From the IMG/VR virus record IMGVR_UViG_3300021404_000006, positions 54,923 through 118,922 of that record: a stretch of 64,000 bases of DNA, one strand, 5' to 3'. Source of the stretch: a virus. The notes under the pieces were generated by a model. That model ran no database searches. It saw only the letters and a list, made by a program, of their open reading frames with translations, and had not been told where the DNA came from. Positions 44,677 to 54,548 of the stretch are shown here, piece after piece; the first letter of the stretch is position 1, and each line of letters starts with the position of its first letter. A program made the position numbers and the translations under genes.

Positions 44677-45177
44677 CTATAGGGCGCTAACCAGTGTGCA
44701 CAGCCCGAATACAGCCAGGCCTACCCACACGGCTAGGCTAAAGGCGAGGAATATAGCTACCTGGGTGTCTCGGTCTTTCTTTTCTACTTCGTAACTGTGC
44801 GGCCTACCGTCGATGTCGTGCCAGGTTTTTGTTTTTGTTTTTAGCTTTGCTGGTGGAATAGGAGGAGGTATCTGTGCGGTTACGCAGTCCAGCATCGAGT
44901 TCATGTATACGGCTTGCGCATGTTCATCTTCGGTTGTCGCATAAAGTTCGCGGAACTTAGCCCACTTAACCCACGTTGAGGAATCACTGTATTCGCAGTG
45001 GACAGGGCATTTTCTCCGTCCCCATAGGCTTTCGTCTACCGTTCCAGTTCCGGCTTTCGCGTGCATTGCCGGCCAGTTCTTGGCATCACCCTCATTTGTG
45101 CATTTCAGGTCCGGCATCCTGAAAATAGCGCTCTGATTTTTACCGAACTGCGGTATTTCCGCATACATGTCAGGCAT
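44677..45177 (-). CDS. hypothetical protein with C-terminal TM helix
   Basis: 166-aa ORF. Confidence 0.6.
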   Translation of the reverse strand: MPDMYAEIPQFGKNQSAIFRMPDLKCTNEGDAKNWPAMHAKAGTGTVDESLWGRRKCPVHCEYSDSSTWVKWAKFRELYATTEDEHAQAVYMNSMLDCVTAQIPPPIPPAKLKTKTKTWHDIDGRPHSYEVEKKDRDTQVAIFLAFSLAVWVGLAVFGLCTLVSAL

Positions 45178-45358
45178 CCACCTTCCACGTATTTGTCCTG
45201 GCTACCTGTTCCATGCGCGCCGCGATCTCTTTGTGCATGGTTTCGCCTTTGGCGGCTAGCCCGGAGGCTTTGTAGTTAGCGAGCGCGTGCAGCGCTACAG
45301 TAGCCAGGTGGCTCGGAGAGGTAACGTGGTTTTTCTTCTGCGTGCGTTTGCTAGGCAT
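45170..45358 (-). CDS. hypothetical protein
   Basis: Overlapping ORF. Confidence 0.55.
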   Translation of the reverse strand: MPSKRTQKKNHVTSPSHLATVALHALANYKASGLAAKGETMHKEIAARMEQVARTNTWKVDA

Positions 45359-45587
45359 CAGGGAACTCTCCTCGGATGTCTTGGATCATGTCGTAGAATA
45401 TGTAGCCGATCGATATTGCGGACATGCGCTTGATTAGCTTGATGCGGTCAATCTTGAATCCTTTCTTGTCCATCATCGCCCTTACCCAGGCGCTGTTCTG
45501 GTTGTCTCCTGCGTACTCAGGCCGGAAGCTGTCGTTGTCCATTTTTCCCCCCGTTTTCTTTTTTCCTTTTGGCGCGTGCCCTGTCAT
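45351..45587 (-). CDS. hypothetical protein
   Basis: Overlapping ORF. Confidence 0.55.
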   Translation of the reverse strand: MTGHAPKGKKKTGGKMDNDSFRPEYAGDNQNSAWVRAMMDKKGFKIDRIKLIKRMSAISIGYIFYDMIQDIRGEFPDA

Positions 45588-45647
45588 GGGCCAGTTTTCT
45601 AGCCCGCAGTTTTTCGTCTGCGATGCGGCGGAATACCGACTCGGGAA

Positions 45648-45935
45648 TCACCTGACTAGCGGTTCCGGGTACTTGCCGGCTTTATAAAGGGCTATCAGCT
45701 TCGAATCGCATGCAAGGTTGCCCCACCACATAGAGGAGCTGAAGTCGCTTCCCGATCCGCTAGCATCGTTGTCTTCTTTCAGGCTGAAAAAGCCGTATGT
45801 CCCCTGGTTTTGGTTTGTGGTCTCACATCCATACCTGATAGGCCTGAAGTTCATAGACAGCCATTTACGGCCCTCTGCGGATTCCAGCCATTCAGCTATT
45901 TCCCGGTACTGTTTCAGGTCTTCACTTCTGATCAC
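45648..45935 (-). CDS. WLxSAEGxxW family protein (paralog 2)
   Basis: IAEWLESAEGRKW...FFSLKEDND. Confidence 0.65.
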   Translation of the reverse strand: MIRSEDLKQYREIAEWLESAEGRKWLSMNFRPIRYGCETTNQNQGTYGFFSLKEDNDASGSGSDFSSSMWWGNLACDSKLIALYKAGKYPEPLVR

Positions 45936-46140
45936 GGAAGTTAGCCTTTCGCTCCTGGTGCCACTTGTGAGCGGTATTCCAGCGGCGGTCTTCCAGCTTG
46001 TTACTGAGAGCCCTGAGCAGCGGTATTGCGGATATCATCAGAGCTGCGATGATGATAATGAAGAATACGACGATGATCACCAGTGCCTCCAGGCGATAAC
46101 GCCGCACAGAATCCAGAATGCGGCTACTGCTAGTGCCCAT
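45922..46140 (-). CDS. small membrane protein
   Basis: Single TM helix. Confidence 0.6.
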   Translation of the reverse strand: MGTSSSRILDSVRRYRLEALVIIVVFFIIIIAALMISAIPLLRALSNKLEDRRWNTAHKWHQERKANFRDQK

Positions 46141-46147
46141 GTCCAGC

Positions 46148-46603
46148 TCACTTGCGCCTCGCTCCCGACTGGCGGAGGATGTGCGGTACGATCACCAGTG
46201 CGCCGGGGCGCGACTTGTCTGTGGTGACGGACAGCTTACCCTGGGTGCGTGCCTGCGTGTCGGTAACTTTGAATCTTTCGCCGTTGACGACCGTGCCCGT
46301 GGTCATCGCCTTCATGCACATCGAGTCGGCCGCGTCCATGCCGTAGACCAGGGCGAGGTACCAGCGCGCGTTCTCCAGGGACACGCTGATCGGCTCGGGT
46401 AGCACGTTCGTACCGAACGCCTTGCCGTCCGTGCTCCCTACAGCCGGGAACTCCCGTACGGGCTTGTCGTGCAGGACCGGGCTGTACTCGCGGATGTGGT
46501 CGCCGTCCTCGGCCAGCCGGGGAGGTACCTGCGACGTGCGGAAATCCTCACGTACCGGAGTGTGAGGATATTCTCCCGTCCGCTGCTGCGGAATCGGTTC
46601 CAT
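46148..46603 (-). CDS. hypothetical protein
   Basis: SD AGGGAG; 151 aa. Confidence 0.65.
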   Translation of the reverse strand: MEPIPQQRTGEYPHTPVREDFRTSQVPPRLAEDGDHIREYSPVLHDKPVREFPAVGSTDGKAFGTNVLPEPISVSLENARWYLALVYGMDAADSMCMKAMTTGTVVNGERFKVTDTQARTQGKLSVTTDKSRPGALVIVPHILRQSGARRK

Positions 46604-46847
46604 GGTTCAGCTCCCTTTCGAATTGAGTCATGGGTTCGCATGACAGGTCATCTTTGACGGACAGTACGCCGGCCATGTACATGGGGTAGTAGCTGGTGAT
46701 CCTGTCCGACCTGTTGAGGTGCCAGCTCATAGAACCCGGCGTCAGGCATGCGTTGAAGGCCGCTAGCTTCATGCGGGCCTCTGACCAGGCACAACCTTCG
46801 GCAGAGCGCAGCCAGTCGATAACATCTTGGTAGGGATTTTCCGCCAT
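46548..46847 (-). CDS. WLxSAEGxxW family protein (paralog 3)
   Basis: VIDWLRSAEGCAW...VLSVKDD. Confidence 0.65.
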   Translation of the reverse strand: MAENPYQDVIDWLRSAEGCAWSEARMKLAAFNACLTPGSMSWHLNRSDRITSYYPMYMAGVLSVKDDLSCEPMTQFERELNHGTDSAAADGRISSHSGT

Positions 46848-46888
46848 GCTACGGGTAACATTGTCCCGTTCGCGGATATTCCTGCGGG

Positions 46889-47146
46889 CTAGCTAGCGCT
46901 GCCTTTCTGCCTGTTTTCCTGCGGCGCGTTCTGCGTGTGCTCATACCCGAAGCACTTCCTTGCGCAGTTTCCGCAGAGCAGGAGAGAGGACAGCCAGTCG
47001 TCCCTGCCGATCTCAACTACCGCGTAGACGTGGAGGTGCCTGTCGCACATGTTCAGGGTGCTCACGCCTTTAAGCGGGGTGAACTTGAGCGTAGCCAGCC
47101 CAGCTAGCGAGTCTGGAACTACGATCTGGGCGGTAGTTTCGGTCAT
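46889..47146 (-). CDS. small Zn-binding protein
   Basis: MCDRH...LLLCGNC; SD GAGGA. Confidence 0.6.
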   Translation of the reverse strand: MTETTAQIVVPDSLAGLATLKFTPLKGVSTLNMCDRHLHVYAVVEIGRDDWLSSLLLCGNCARKCFGYEHTQNAPQENRQKGSAS

Positions 47147-47191
47147 GGTAACTCTTTCCTCTCCGGCCGGTTGATATCAGTGTGCCTTGTT

Positions 47192-47653
47192 CTACGTAGC
47201 TGCGCCTCTTAGAGGCACCTTCAGGTGTAGTCCAACATGGATCAGGTTCGGGTTGTTCCCTACCGCCGTATGGTTCGCATTGTAGAGCGATACGTAACTG
47301 GGCAGGCCGTACTTTGCGGCAATCGATGACAGGTTGTCCCCGGATCGCACGATATAGGTCTGTACGGCAGGGTGAGGCTTGGGCGCTGAGTGCGGACGCG
47401 GCACAGACGGGGCTGTACGGGGCGCAGACGGCGCTGTGGCGCTCTGAGGCGGGCTGGCGTGCACGATCGCGGGGGCAGATGTTCCAGGCGCTGTGGGGGC
47501 TGTATGCGGCCCTCCTGAGTGCGGGTTATTTCCGAGGATGCTAGTGAAAAGCGCGAGCAGGACCAGCGTCCCTGTGAACAGGAAGAAGAAAAAGGCCGTT
47601 AGCCTTTCGGGACGGATTTTCCGGGCGTGTCTAGTGCCGTGCTTGGAATGCAT
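47192..47653 (-). CDS. membrane-anchored LysM-domain protein
   Basis: YIVRSGDNLSSIAAKY...LYNAN...NPNLIHVGLHLKVP. Confidence 0.9.
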   Translation of the reverse strand: MHSKHGTRHARKIRPERLTAFFFFLFTGTLVLLALFTSILGNNPHSGGPHTAPTAPGTSAPAIVHASPPQSATAPSAPRTAPSVPRPHSAPKPHPAVQTYIVRSGDNLSSIAAKYGLPSYVSLYNANHTAVGNNPNLIHVGLHLKVPLRGAAT

Positions 47654-47702
47654 TGTTATTCCTTTCAGAGTCGTTAGGTTTTATAGTCGGAGGCTTTACT
47701 TA

Positions 47703-48077
47703 CTACTGCTGCGGTGGCTCCCAGTCGCGCGGTCCTAGTTTGCTCTTGACGGGCATAGGGGGGTCCTTTTTCATCTCCTCGGGCTTCTCGCTTACTGAGC
47801 TGGCTATTACGGCGATGCTGACGACAAGCCCCACGATAACGAACACGGCCATTACCGCCGGCGATGACTGGGCGGCTACGTCTCCAGGGTGGGCCGTTGC
47901 AGCAGCGCCGCTGAACAGAATTCCCAGCCCCACCATGAAAGACATGATGACAGCAGAAATTACCAGAGCGCCCCACATAGGGGTTTTCATGTCGGCCTCT
48001 TTCTTATCGGTTTTAGCCGGCGGAGTTTTCGCGGCGGGAACCTGCGGTACAGGCACCCTTAGCAAACCGTACATCAT
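47703..48077 (-). CDS. membrane protein (2 TM)
   Basis: Two hydrophobic segments. Confidence 0.6.
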   Translation of the reverse strand: MMYGLLRVPVPQVPAAKTPPAKTDKKEADMKTPMWGALVISAVIMSFMVGLGILFSGAAATAHPGDVAAQSSPAVMAVFVIVGLVVSIAVIASSVSEKPEEMKKDPPMPVKSKLGPRDWEPPQQ

Positions 48078-48211
48078 GTCTTGTCCTTTCCTAGCAGGAC
48101 TAGATACCAAAGCGTGTTAAGCGCCTCGGCTAGCTCACTGCCCTCTTCCAGCTCTATGTTGCTGTTGTCTATAGCATTCTCGATGATGCGCAGCGCCTGG
48201 TTCGGCGTCAT
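48074..48211 (-). CDS. small hypothetical protein (45 aa)
   Basis: ATGA overlaps on both sides; MTPNQALRIIENAID... Confidence 0.55.
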   Translation of the reverse strand: MTPNQALRIIENAIDNSNIELEEGSELAEALNTLWYLVLLGKDKT

Positions 48212-48447
48212 ACTTGTTGCCCTCCTGTACTATTTTTCTTTCCTGAAGGCTTGTTTTTAGTTAGGTGCCAGGAACCGCACGGACAGCGGTACGGGTAGAG
48301 AACATAAGAGCGGGCCTGGAATACGCGGCCGGCGGCGTCACGGGCTTCGGTTATATCCGCGTAGGCGACCTTGCCCTGTTCGTCGCAGGCTTTAAGCTGC
48401 TGCTCTCGAAGTCGTTGCCTTTTATTTCTTCTGCTCTTGGTTGACAC
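48208..48447 (-). CDS. small Zn-binding phage protein (PYxCPxxxWH family)
   Basis: C...GKVAY...YPYRCPCGSWHLT. Confidence 0.65.
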   Translation of the reverse strand: MSTKSRRNKRQRLREQQLKACDEQGKVAYADITEARDAAGRVFQARSYVLYPYRCPCGSWHLTKNKPSGKKNSTGGQQV

Positions 48448-48523
48448 CGTACAGCCTTCTTACTTACGGACTTCTGTATGTTTCAGGAACTTTTGTATGA
48501 AAGTGCGACTTGTGTATGAAAAG

Positions 48524-48588
48524 GCCGCCGGCCACGGGGTAGTTTCATACTCACCCATTTTGGGATTGGTATCCCCGTGGCCGGCGGC
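48524..48588. terminator. 16-bp GC stem with large loop
   Basis: GCCGCCGGCCACGGGG...CCCCGTGGCCGGCGGC flanked by GAAAAG/CTTTTC. Confidence 0.6.
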
Positions 48589-48603
48589 GCTTTTCGCGTG
48601 GGA

Positions 48604-49734
48604 TTAGAAATCCTCCCACACAACATCATCGGAAGTGGATTCCGGTGACGCGTCTAGTTCAGACATGCGTGATTCAGCGTGGGCGTGGTTCATGCGGTGA
48701 ACAATATCCGTCCAGCCGCGAACCATTTTCCCGGCGTCCGAATCGTAGAATGGCGTAGTCGGTCCCAGGATTCCCACGGCGAACTGCCGGAACTGACCTG
48801 GCTTCATACTGAAGTACGCGCCGTGATCCTGGTCATAGGCGAATTGCGCGAACTGGCCGGAGGGTACCCCTTCAGACACATCGTACATTCCGCAGAACTT
48901 CAGGTAGTCGGCCAGAACCTGGTCCTCTGGCGCGTAAATGGGATTGCCCGCGTCAAGCTGCACGCGCTCGAATGCGGTGAGGATGCGGTCAGGCCATTCT
49001 CCTCCCGCTAGTTTCGCGCCGGCGAACATGCCGCCCCATACGTCCATGTTGCGGTGGACCAGCTTGGGGTGAAGCCCGCGAATGCTCTCGGTTGACAGGC
49101 GCGGCTGGCGCTCCGCCCATGACTTGAGCATGCGACCGCCGTAGAGGAATGCCCCGCGTGTTTCAGGGGCAGAGAAGTCTGCTACCTCTACTTTCGGCCC
49201 GGCAACCTGCATCTTGATGATGACAGACCGCTCCCGCATGTCCGGCGGGCACGCGAGTCCCAGGCCGGCCATGAACACAACCCCGAAGATGGGGATTCGC
49301 AGGGTGGTCTTGTTCTCCTGCATCTGCGCGTAAGCGGTATCGCGCCGGTACCCCTGGTTGATGTACGTGTAGAACTTCGAGTTCTTCCCGCTCTGCCCGG
49401 CCTGCCCGAACAGGTGGTTGATCTCGTCCATCACGTGCGTGCACTTGGGGTTGAGGCGGAAGTCCGCTACGTACGACGGCGCGGTCATGGCCAGGACGCC
49501 GGTAACAGGCTCGGCGTTGGCAGACAGGTAGTGAGCCACAGTTAGCGCGTTGCTCTTGCCTGATCCCTTCTCACCGAGGAACAGGATGCGCGGTGCGGTG
49601 AAGAGATCATCGATCTTGTGCGTGACCGCGCATGCGAGCGTGATGATATCCAGGTAGTGACTTGGCGCGTAGACAGCGGAACCTACCAGCTTCCGCGCGT
49701 AATCAAGTTCGGTAGAAGATGATGCGGATGACAT
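48604..49734 (-). CDS. P-loop ATPase (DUF3631-associated type)
   Basis: TH..D.F.APRI.F.GEKGSGKS, VMDEI, INQGYRR, PDMRERSVII.M. Confidence 0.75.
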   Translation of the reverse strand: MSSASSSTELDYARKLVGSAVYAPSHYLDIITLACAVTHKIDDLFTAPRILFLGEKGSGKSNALTVAHYLSANAEPVTGVLAMTAPSYVADFRLNPKCTHVMDEINHLFGQAGQSGKNSKFYTYINQGYRRDTAYAQMQENKTTLRIPIFGVVFMAGLGLACPPDMRERSVIIKMQVAGPKVEVADFSAPETRGAFLYGGRMLKSWAERQPRLSTESIRGLHPKLVHRNMDVWGGMFAGAKLAGGEWPDRILTAFERVQLDAGNPIYAPEDQVLADYLKFCGMYDVSEGVPSGQFAQFAYDQDHGAYFSMKPGQFRQFAVGILGPTTPFYDSDAGKMVRGWTDIVHRMNHAHAESRMSELDASPESTSDDVVWEDF

Positions 49735-49831
49735 GTCAACTCCCTCCAGAGTCGTTGTCTTATCGGTTCGCCGCCCGTCCCGCCTTCCACGCGGGGCGGA
49801 CAGCCAGCCGACAGATGTAACGCCGGCAGGT

Positions 49832-50005
49832 CTAGATTTGTTCCTTGCGCCACGCCTTGAAGCGCTCGCTGTGCGGTCGTTTTAGTTGATTGTTGTGCAG
49901 GTAGCTGGTCATGTGTACGCACATGCTTCCTTTGCGGGCACCGCACTTCGGGCAGTCCACCGCGTTTACGATCAGGTCGTATTCCCCGGTATATGGTTTT
50001 TCCAT
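49832..50005 (-). CDS. small zinc-finger protein (57 aa)
   Basis: AVDCPKCGARKGSMC...PHSER. Confidence 0.65.
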   Translation of the reverse strand: MEKPYTGEYDLIVNAVDCPKCGARKGSMCVHMTSYLHNNQLKRPHSERFKAWRKEQI

Positions 50006-50025
50006 CAGCATTACCAGCCGGTTTC

Positions 50026-50325
50026 CTAGTGGTCCGTAAGGTGGACGAAGCCCACTTGCCGACTCCCGGCCATGATGGGCGCGTGCCCGTAAGAGACTGA
50101 GTTTTCAAGTTCCCAGCCATCCGTCCGGATAACGGGACCTACGGTCACCTTGACCAGATCGCCGTTTTCGTCAGCCGCGTAGATGCCGGCCACGCCTTTC
50201 ATTGCGTCGCAGTCGGCCATGTCGAACATGTTGGATACGCGGCTTTCATAAGCCAGTGCGAGTGTATTGTCCTCGAAGACGATGACGAACTGTTCGTTCA
50301 TGGGTTCGGTCATGGGTTCCCCCAT
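50026..50325 (-). CDS. hypothetical protein
   Basis: ORF in the early-gene run. Confidence 0.6.
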   Translation of the reverse strand: MGEPMTEPMNEQFVIVFEDNTLALAYESRVSNMFDMADCDAMKGVAGIYAADENGDLVKVTVGPVIRTDGWELENSVSYGHAPIMAGSRQVGFVHLTDH

Positions 50326-50492
50326 AGCTTGCGGATACTGATTTCTGCGGTATGCATGTCGTCATCCGGGTTTTCCTGCCCGAACGTGACGCCCATGAGG
50401 AACGCCGCCTCTGTGACAGACGATGCCTCTATGTCGTACCGCTGCGGTTTGCCGTCGATGGTCAGCAGGAACGGGTAGATGCGTTCGTTCAT
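50310..50492 (-). CDS. hypothetical protein
   Basis: SD AGGGG. Confidence 0.6.
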   Translation of the reverse strand: MNERIYPFLLTIDGKPQRYDIEASSVTEAAFLMGVTFGQENPDDDMHTAEISIRKLWGNP

Positions 50493-50500
50493 TGGTTCCC

Positions 50501-50794
50501 CTAGCTAAAGCCGCGTGTCCAGCCGGTAGACCAGCCGGGAGTGGCGATGACAGCTTCATCGTCTATCGACGCATTGCTGTCTCCTTGTGGCTCTTCGGCG
50601 TACAGATAGGCGCTGTGCGTGAATGGCGGATTGGCCGGTTGTACGCTGATGATGTAATTTCCGTCACCGGCCAGGACCAGTGCATCGCCATCGGTGGAAT
50701 AGAAGACTTTACTGCTAGGCAGCGCGGCGGTGATGCGGTCTATCTCGTCTAGTACGGCATCAGAGATGTGCTTAGGCATCTCATGATAGGTCAT
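50501..50794 (-). CDS. hypothetical protein
   Basis: ATGA coupling. Confidence 0.6.
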   Translation of the reverse strand: MTYHEMPKHISDAVLDEIDRITAALPSSKVFYSTDGDALVLAGDGNYIISVQPANPPFTHSAYLYAEEPQGDSNASIDDEAVIATPGWSTGWTRGFS

Positions 50795-51111
50795 GACGGG
50801 AATTCCCTTCCGTAGGGCCAGTGGTCGTAGCCATCGGTGGTAATGCCGTCGTCATCTGATAGCGCCTCATACAGGGCGTCATCGCGGATAGTGAAGCTCG
50901 GGGCCGGCAGGTCGCTTAGTCCCTCGCGGATAGCGGTCATTGTGTCGGGGTCGGCCAGGATTTCCGCTGTTTCATTTTCCATGCTGGCTCCGCAGGGGCT
51001 ATCGGTACCGTCTGCGAGCAGGCAGGGCGGATTGTGCTCGCATTCGGCGTATATTGTTTCGTCTTCACCGGGGTACCAGTTGTCGCCTGGCCCGTCCCAG
51101 ATTTCGGACAT
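50791..51111 (-). CDS. acidic hypothetical protein
   Basis: SD GGAGG; ETAEILADPDTMTAIREGL resembles a YefM/Phd antitoxin C-terminal segment. Confidence 0.6.
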   Translation of the reverse strand: MSEIWDGPGDNWYPGEDETIYAECEHNPPCLLADGTDSPCGASMENETAEILADPDTMTAIREGLSDLPAPSFTIRDDALYEALSDDDGITTDGYDHWPYGREFPS

Positions 51112-51237
51112 TAGATATTCTCCTCCAGGTAGCAGGAAATTCCGTGACGGTAGTCGGAGAGGACTTTACCGTTTGACAGGACTACCGTAATCCGAGCGGA
51201 TGATCCTACGGGTATCTGCCGTCCGCAGTAAGAGCAT

Positions 51238-51717
51238 CTATGCTGCTTGCGCGTCTGCTCTACTTGTCGGCGGGCGAGGACGGTGTAATCGAATTCGGAA
51301 TTGTAGTCGCTGTAACATTCCGAGATTGAATTGCCATTGGGTTTTGTTGTCGAAGTCATTGCGTCCGTTGTACCCCCATGATTTGTCGCCCCATCGCGCG
51401 GCTGGGTCGGCGTCGAATACCTCCGCCATGAACCAGCCCCATTCGTGCCAGGTGGCAGCGAAACGGTAATGCGGGCTGTACGATCCGTTGCGGACACGTC
51501 GGCTCTTCTGGCGCTTGCCGTATCGGTTCGTGTAGTCCTCGGGCAAGCCCCCTCCCGTTTCCGCGCCTAGCTGTATCTCGTAAGCGCGCTCATGGGTATA
51601 CGAGTCGTGCGCCACGATCGGATCGAACTGCACGTCTTGCGTTATTAGTCCTTTGTCCTTTGCGGATTTTAGCGCCGCATATATGTCGTCTGCGGTTAGG
51701 CTGGTATGGAGTCTCAT
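51238..51717 (-). CDS. hypothetical protein
   Basis: AATWHEWGWFMAEVFDADP.A. Confidence 0.65.
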   Translation of the reverse strand: MRLHTSLTADDIYAALKSAKDKGLITQDVQFDPIVAHDSYTHERAYEIQLGAETGGGLPEDYTNRYGKRQKSRRVRNGSYSPHYRFAATWHEWGWFMAEVFDADPAARWGDKSWGYNGRNDFDNKTQWQFNLGMLQRLQFRIRLHRPRPPTSRADAQAA

Positions 51718-51845
51718 AGCAGTTCTGCCTTTCGCATAGCTGTTTCGACTTTTACCGGCTGTGCTTCTATCAGGTACATTAGCAAGTCGTATGCCTGATC
51801 GTCGGTTAGCGTGAGCACGCGCTTACGTAGTTCTTCGCGTGTCAT
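51714..51845 (-). CDS. small hypothetical protein (43 aa)
   Basis: Coupled ORF; MTREELRKRVLTLTDDQAY... Confidence 0.5.
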   Translation of the reverse strand: MTREELRKRVLTLTDDQAYDLLMYLIEAQPVKVETAMRKAELL

Positions 51846-51846
51846 G

Positions 51847-52080
51847 TCAGTAGCTCCGGATCTTTTCGGTAATGGCGTCTGCCCATTCGTCTAGATGCAG
51901 CTCGGACAGCGGCTCATTCGGATAGTCTTCCGTGCGGCGCTCAGCATCGCCTTTGTTAGTGATTTCCAGCCACGGGTCCTGGTCGCCGAGATAAAAGAAC
52001 AGGTCACCGTCCCTGTCCCGGTAGAGCTTGCCGACTACCGGCTCAGATTTTGATACTGCCTTGATGATTTCCCACGGCAT
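51847..52080 (-). CDS. hypothetical protein
   Basis: GKLYRDRDGDLF. Confidence 0.6.
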   Translation of the reverse strand: MPWEIIKAVSKSEPVVGKLYRDRDGDLFFYLGDQDPWLEITNKGDAERRTEDYPNEPLSELHLDEWADAITEKIRSY

Positions 52081-52271
52081 TTTAAAAAGTCCTTTCGGGG
52101 GGCTTTACCCATGCGACGATTTCATTTCCGGCGCGGTCGCGCACGACGATAATTCCGGCTGCGTGCTTTTCTACGGTGCACGTCTTCGGCCCTTTCCATG
52201 CGCGGAACCTGTCTGCTCCGCAGCGGTAGCAGGCGTATACGGTTCCGTGAATGTAGCCGCTAGCGGTGCCG

Positions 52272-52574
52272 CTATTTCGCTGCTCGGTTCCGAGCTTTAC
52301 GTACTCGTGAACTCTTTCCTTTTTCGGAAGGTCCGTTCGCAGGCCGCACTTCATCCGCCATCCCTGGACCGGGAAATGGGATGCTATTTCGCTGTCGGTC
52401 ATTTCTTTCACGGAGATACACCTCCCAGAAGGCAATTAGTAGGTCGGCTTGGAAGTCAGCGGCCATTTGCGCCGCCCTTTCCCATTCCTCTTGGCTGATG
52501 CCGTTTTCCAGGCAGAATTCTCGGGTGTGCCTCTCAGCATCAGCCAGCGCCTTATCCTCTGCTGCTTTGTTCAT
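52272..52574 (-). CDS. hypothetical protein
   Basis: SD AAGGA. Confidence 0.5.
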   Translation of the reverse strand: MNKAAEDKALADAERHTREFCLENGISQEEWERAAQMAADFQADLLIAFWEVYLRERNDRQRNSIPFPGPGMADEVRPANGPSEKGKSSRVRKARNRAAK

Positions 52575-52830
52575 CGGTCGTTTCCTTTCCTATGCGGATT
52601 TCGTACTGCCTCGCACTTTCTATTGACCAGAACCATTGGTCACCGGCATTGTTAAGCGTACGGAATAGGCGCTTACCTATGTCTGCCGGAAATACACGGC
52701 CGATACAGAAAGCTAGGTTTATTGGTCCTACTTCTGTCTGAATTACCGACTTGTTGAGGTCTTCGGGGCGGATTGTGTAGAACACTCGGCCGGGATCTGG
52801 CTTATAGCCAGGTGCGAATACCTCGCGCAT
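52552..52830 (-). CDS. hypothetical protein
   Basis: TAATG coupling; IGRVFPADIGKR. Confidence 0.6.
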   Translation of the reverse strand: MREVFAPGYKPDPGRVFYTIRPEDLNKSVIQTEVGPINLAFCIGRVFPADIGKRLFRTLNNAGDQWFWSIESARQYEIRIGKETTDEQSSRG

Positions 52831-53300
52831 TACTCGTCTACCTTTCGTGCGATTACCCACCCGATAGGCTGATCGCTCTGTCGCTCTTCCTGCTCTTCGG
52901 TGGCGTACACGCCGGTAACCTCCACGACCACGTACAGGCCGGGGCGCTCTAGAATATCGTCTGCCAGCCGGCCGCCTACGAATTCGGACACGTGCATGAT
53001 AGGACCCCGGTAGCTGTACTGGCTGGTATAACCAGTCATCAGTTCCCATCCCTGGGATTCGACATGCGCGATCATGGCGGCTTCGGCTTCGGCGGTAATG
53101 CTTCCCGCGTCATCTTCGGCGCATTCCACGGTTACCTCTGGCGCATGTACGGGCTGTGAGTCTGTGCCCACGTAGGCTAGCGGGTTTAGGTTAGCGTCGA
53201 TTGCGTACCCGTGCCCAAGCACGCGGATAACATGGTCGAATTCCATGTAGTCATTTAGTTCTACGTTTCTGGTTACCGTGATTCTTTGGACGGTTGCCAT
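52830..53300 (-). CDS. hypothetical protein
   Basis: MEFDHVIRV...GWELMTGYTSQYSYRGPIMH.SEFVGG. Confidence 0.7.
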   Translation of the reverse strand: MATVQRITVTRNVELNDYMEFDHVIRVLGHGYAIDANLNPLAYVGTDSQPVHAPEVTVECAEDDAGSITAEAEAAMIAHVESQGWELMTGYTSQYSYRGPIMHVSEFVGGRLADDILERPGLYVVVEVTGVYATEEQEERQSDQPIGWVIARKVDE

Positions 53301-53776
53301 TACTGGAATCCCTTTTCCTTTCGGTCCAGCCATACGGGGCAGACGGTTTCCCAGTGACCTTCACCGTCGTTGTATTCGGTACCGTCGATTACCGCATGGC
53401 AGCGGGCACATGTCGCGCCGCAGTACTGCTGTCGCCATTCGGGGTCTTCTGGCCCGTAACCGTAATACTCTGGCCCGCATTCGGTGTGAAGGTCGTTGTG
53501 GTAAGGAATGGCCTTCGGGAAGTCGCCGGAATCGAATGATCCTTCATCCATGCGGTCGATACCGCGCGCCGCTGCCATACGGTCTAGGCGGTGCTCAGTG
53601 CAGTTGCACGCGGCGCGATGGTACCCGGTCCCGCCGAGTCTATCGATGACGCGCTTTTTCCCGTGTATGTCCAGCCCGTAGGTGTTGGGCTTGGCGGCTA
53701 CCTTGTAGATGCAATCGAGACAGTAGTGGTCGGCCTGGTAGTCGTATCCTACGGGTGAATAGGCTTCATGGCTCAC
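53300..53776 (-). CDS. Cys-rich hypothetical protein
   Basis: GYDYQADHYCLDC...FDSGDFPK. Confidence 0.7.
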   Translation of the reverse strand: MSHEAYSPVGYDYQADHYCLDCIYKVAAKPNTYGLDIHGKKRVIDRLGGTGYHRAACNCTEHRLDRMAAARGIDRMDEGSFDSGDFPKAIPYHNDLHTECGPEYYGYGPEDPEWRQQYCGATCARCHAVIDGTEYNDGEGHWETVCPVWLDRKEKGFQ

Positions 53777-53814
53777 GGGTTAACCCCCCTGGTTAATGAG
53801 CTGCCTGTTAACCT

Positions 53815-54018
53815 TTACTTGTTAGCGCTGGTGATCTCTGCAAGTTCGCGGTCTAGCGCCTCGCGTTCTTTCCTGGCTACTAGCCATGCCTCTAGCGGCG
53901 TGAGCGCGTTCGGCCCGTACCTGTAGATGTGGCGCATGTAGTAGATGCTTGCCCAGAGAACCACCCCGGCAGCTACGGAAGCTGCCAGGATGGTCACGCC
54001 GGCCTGGTTAGGAGTCAC
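53815..54018 (-). CDS. small membrane protein
   Basis: N-terminal TM helix. Confidence 0.6.
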   Translation of the reverse strand: MTPNQAGVTILAASVAAGVVLWASIYYMRHIYRYGPNALTPLEAWLVARKEREALDRELAEITSANK

Positions 54019-54463
54019 GCGGTTCCCATTCGTCGTTTAGGTCGTCATACTCTGCCGTGCCGTCGTACACGTCATCATCGTCGCGGTACTGCCAGCGCTT
54101 CAGGTCTACAGCGTACAACGCGTTGTCGTACTCCGGACATTCCATCGCCACCTCTGCCTCTGCGAGGTGCGCCTCCACCATCTCACCGAACCACGCGAAC
54201 AGTTCGCCATCGCTGTTGTTGGCGGCGTTCCAGACCAGCTCTGCGGATGTGATGGACCGCAGCGGCGGTACGTACGCGTTGCCCGTGATCCAGACGACGG
54301 GACCGTGCAGGGTACGCGCCTCATGGATGATGGTGTCGGCTACCTCGCGGGCTAGCTGGCGCACGATCCCCCCACCCATGATCACGGGCAGGGCTTCGGC
54401 GTACGGGTAGCGGCTGGTGGCTATCGCGATCTCGCCGTTCTGCGTGGTTGTGTAATTGCTCAT
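54008..54463 (-). CDS. hypothetical protein
   Basis: SD GAGGA; 151 aa. Confidence 0.65.
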   Translation of the reverse strand: MSNYTTTQNGEIAIATSRYPYAEALPVIMGGGIVRQLAREVADTIIHEARTLHGPVVWITGNAYVPPLRSITSAELVWNAANNSDGELFAWFGEMVEAHLAEAEVAMECPEYDNALYAVDLKRWQYRDDDDVYDGTAEYDDLNDEWEPRDS

Positions 54464-54548
54464 GATGCTTCCTCGCTGCTGTTCAGTTCGCGCTGCTCTT
54501 CGATGGCTTCGATTAGCTCGGCTTCGGTCATGTCGTCTGACAGGTACA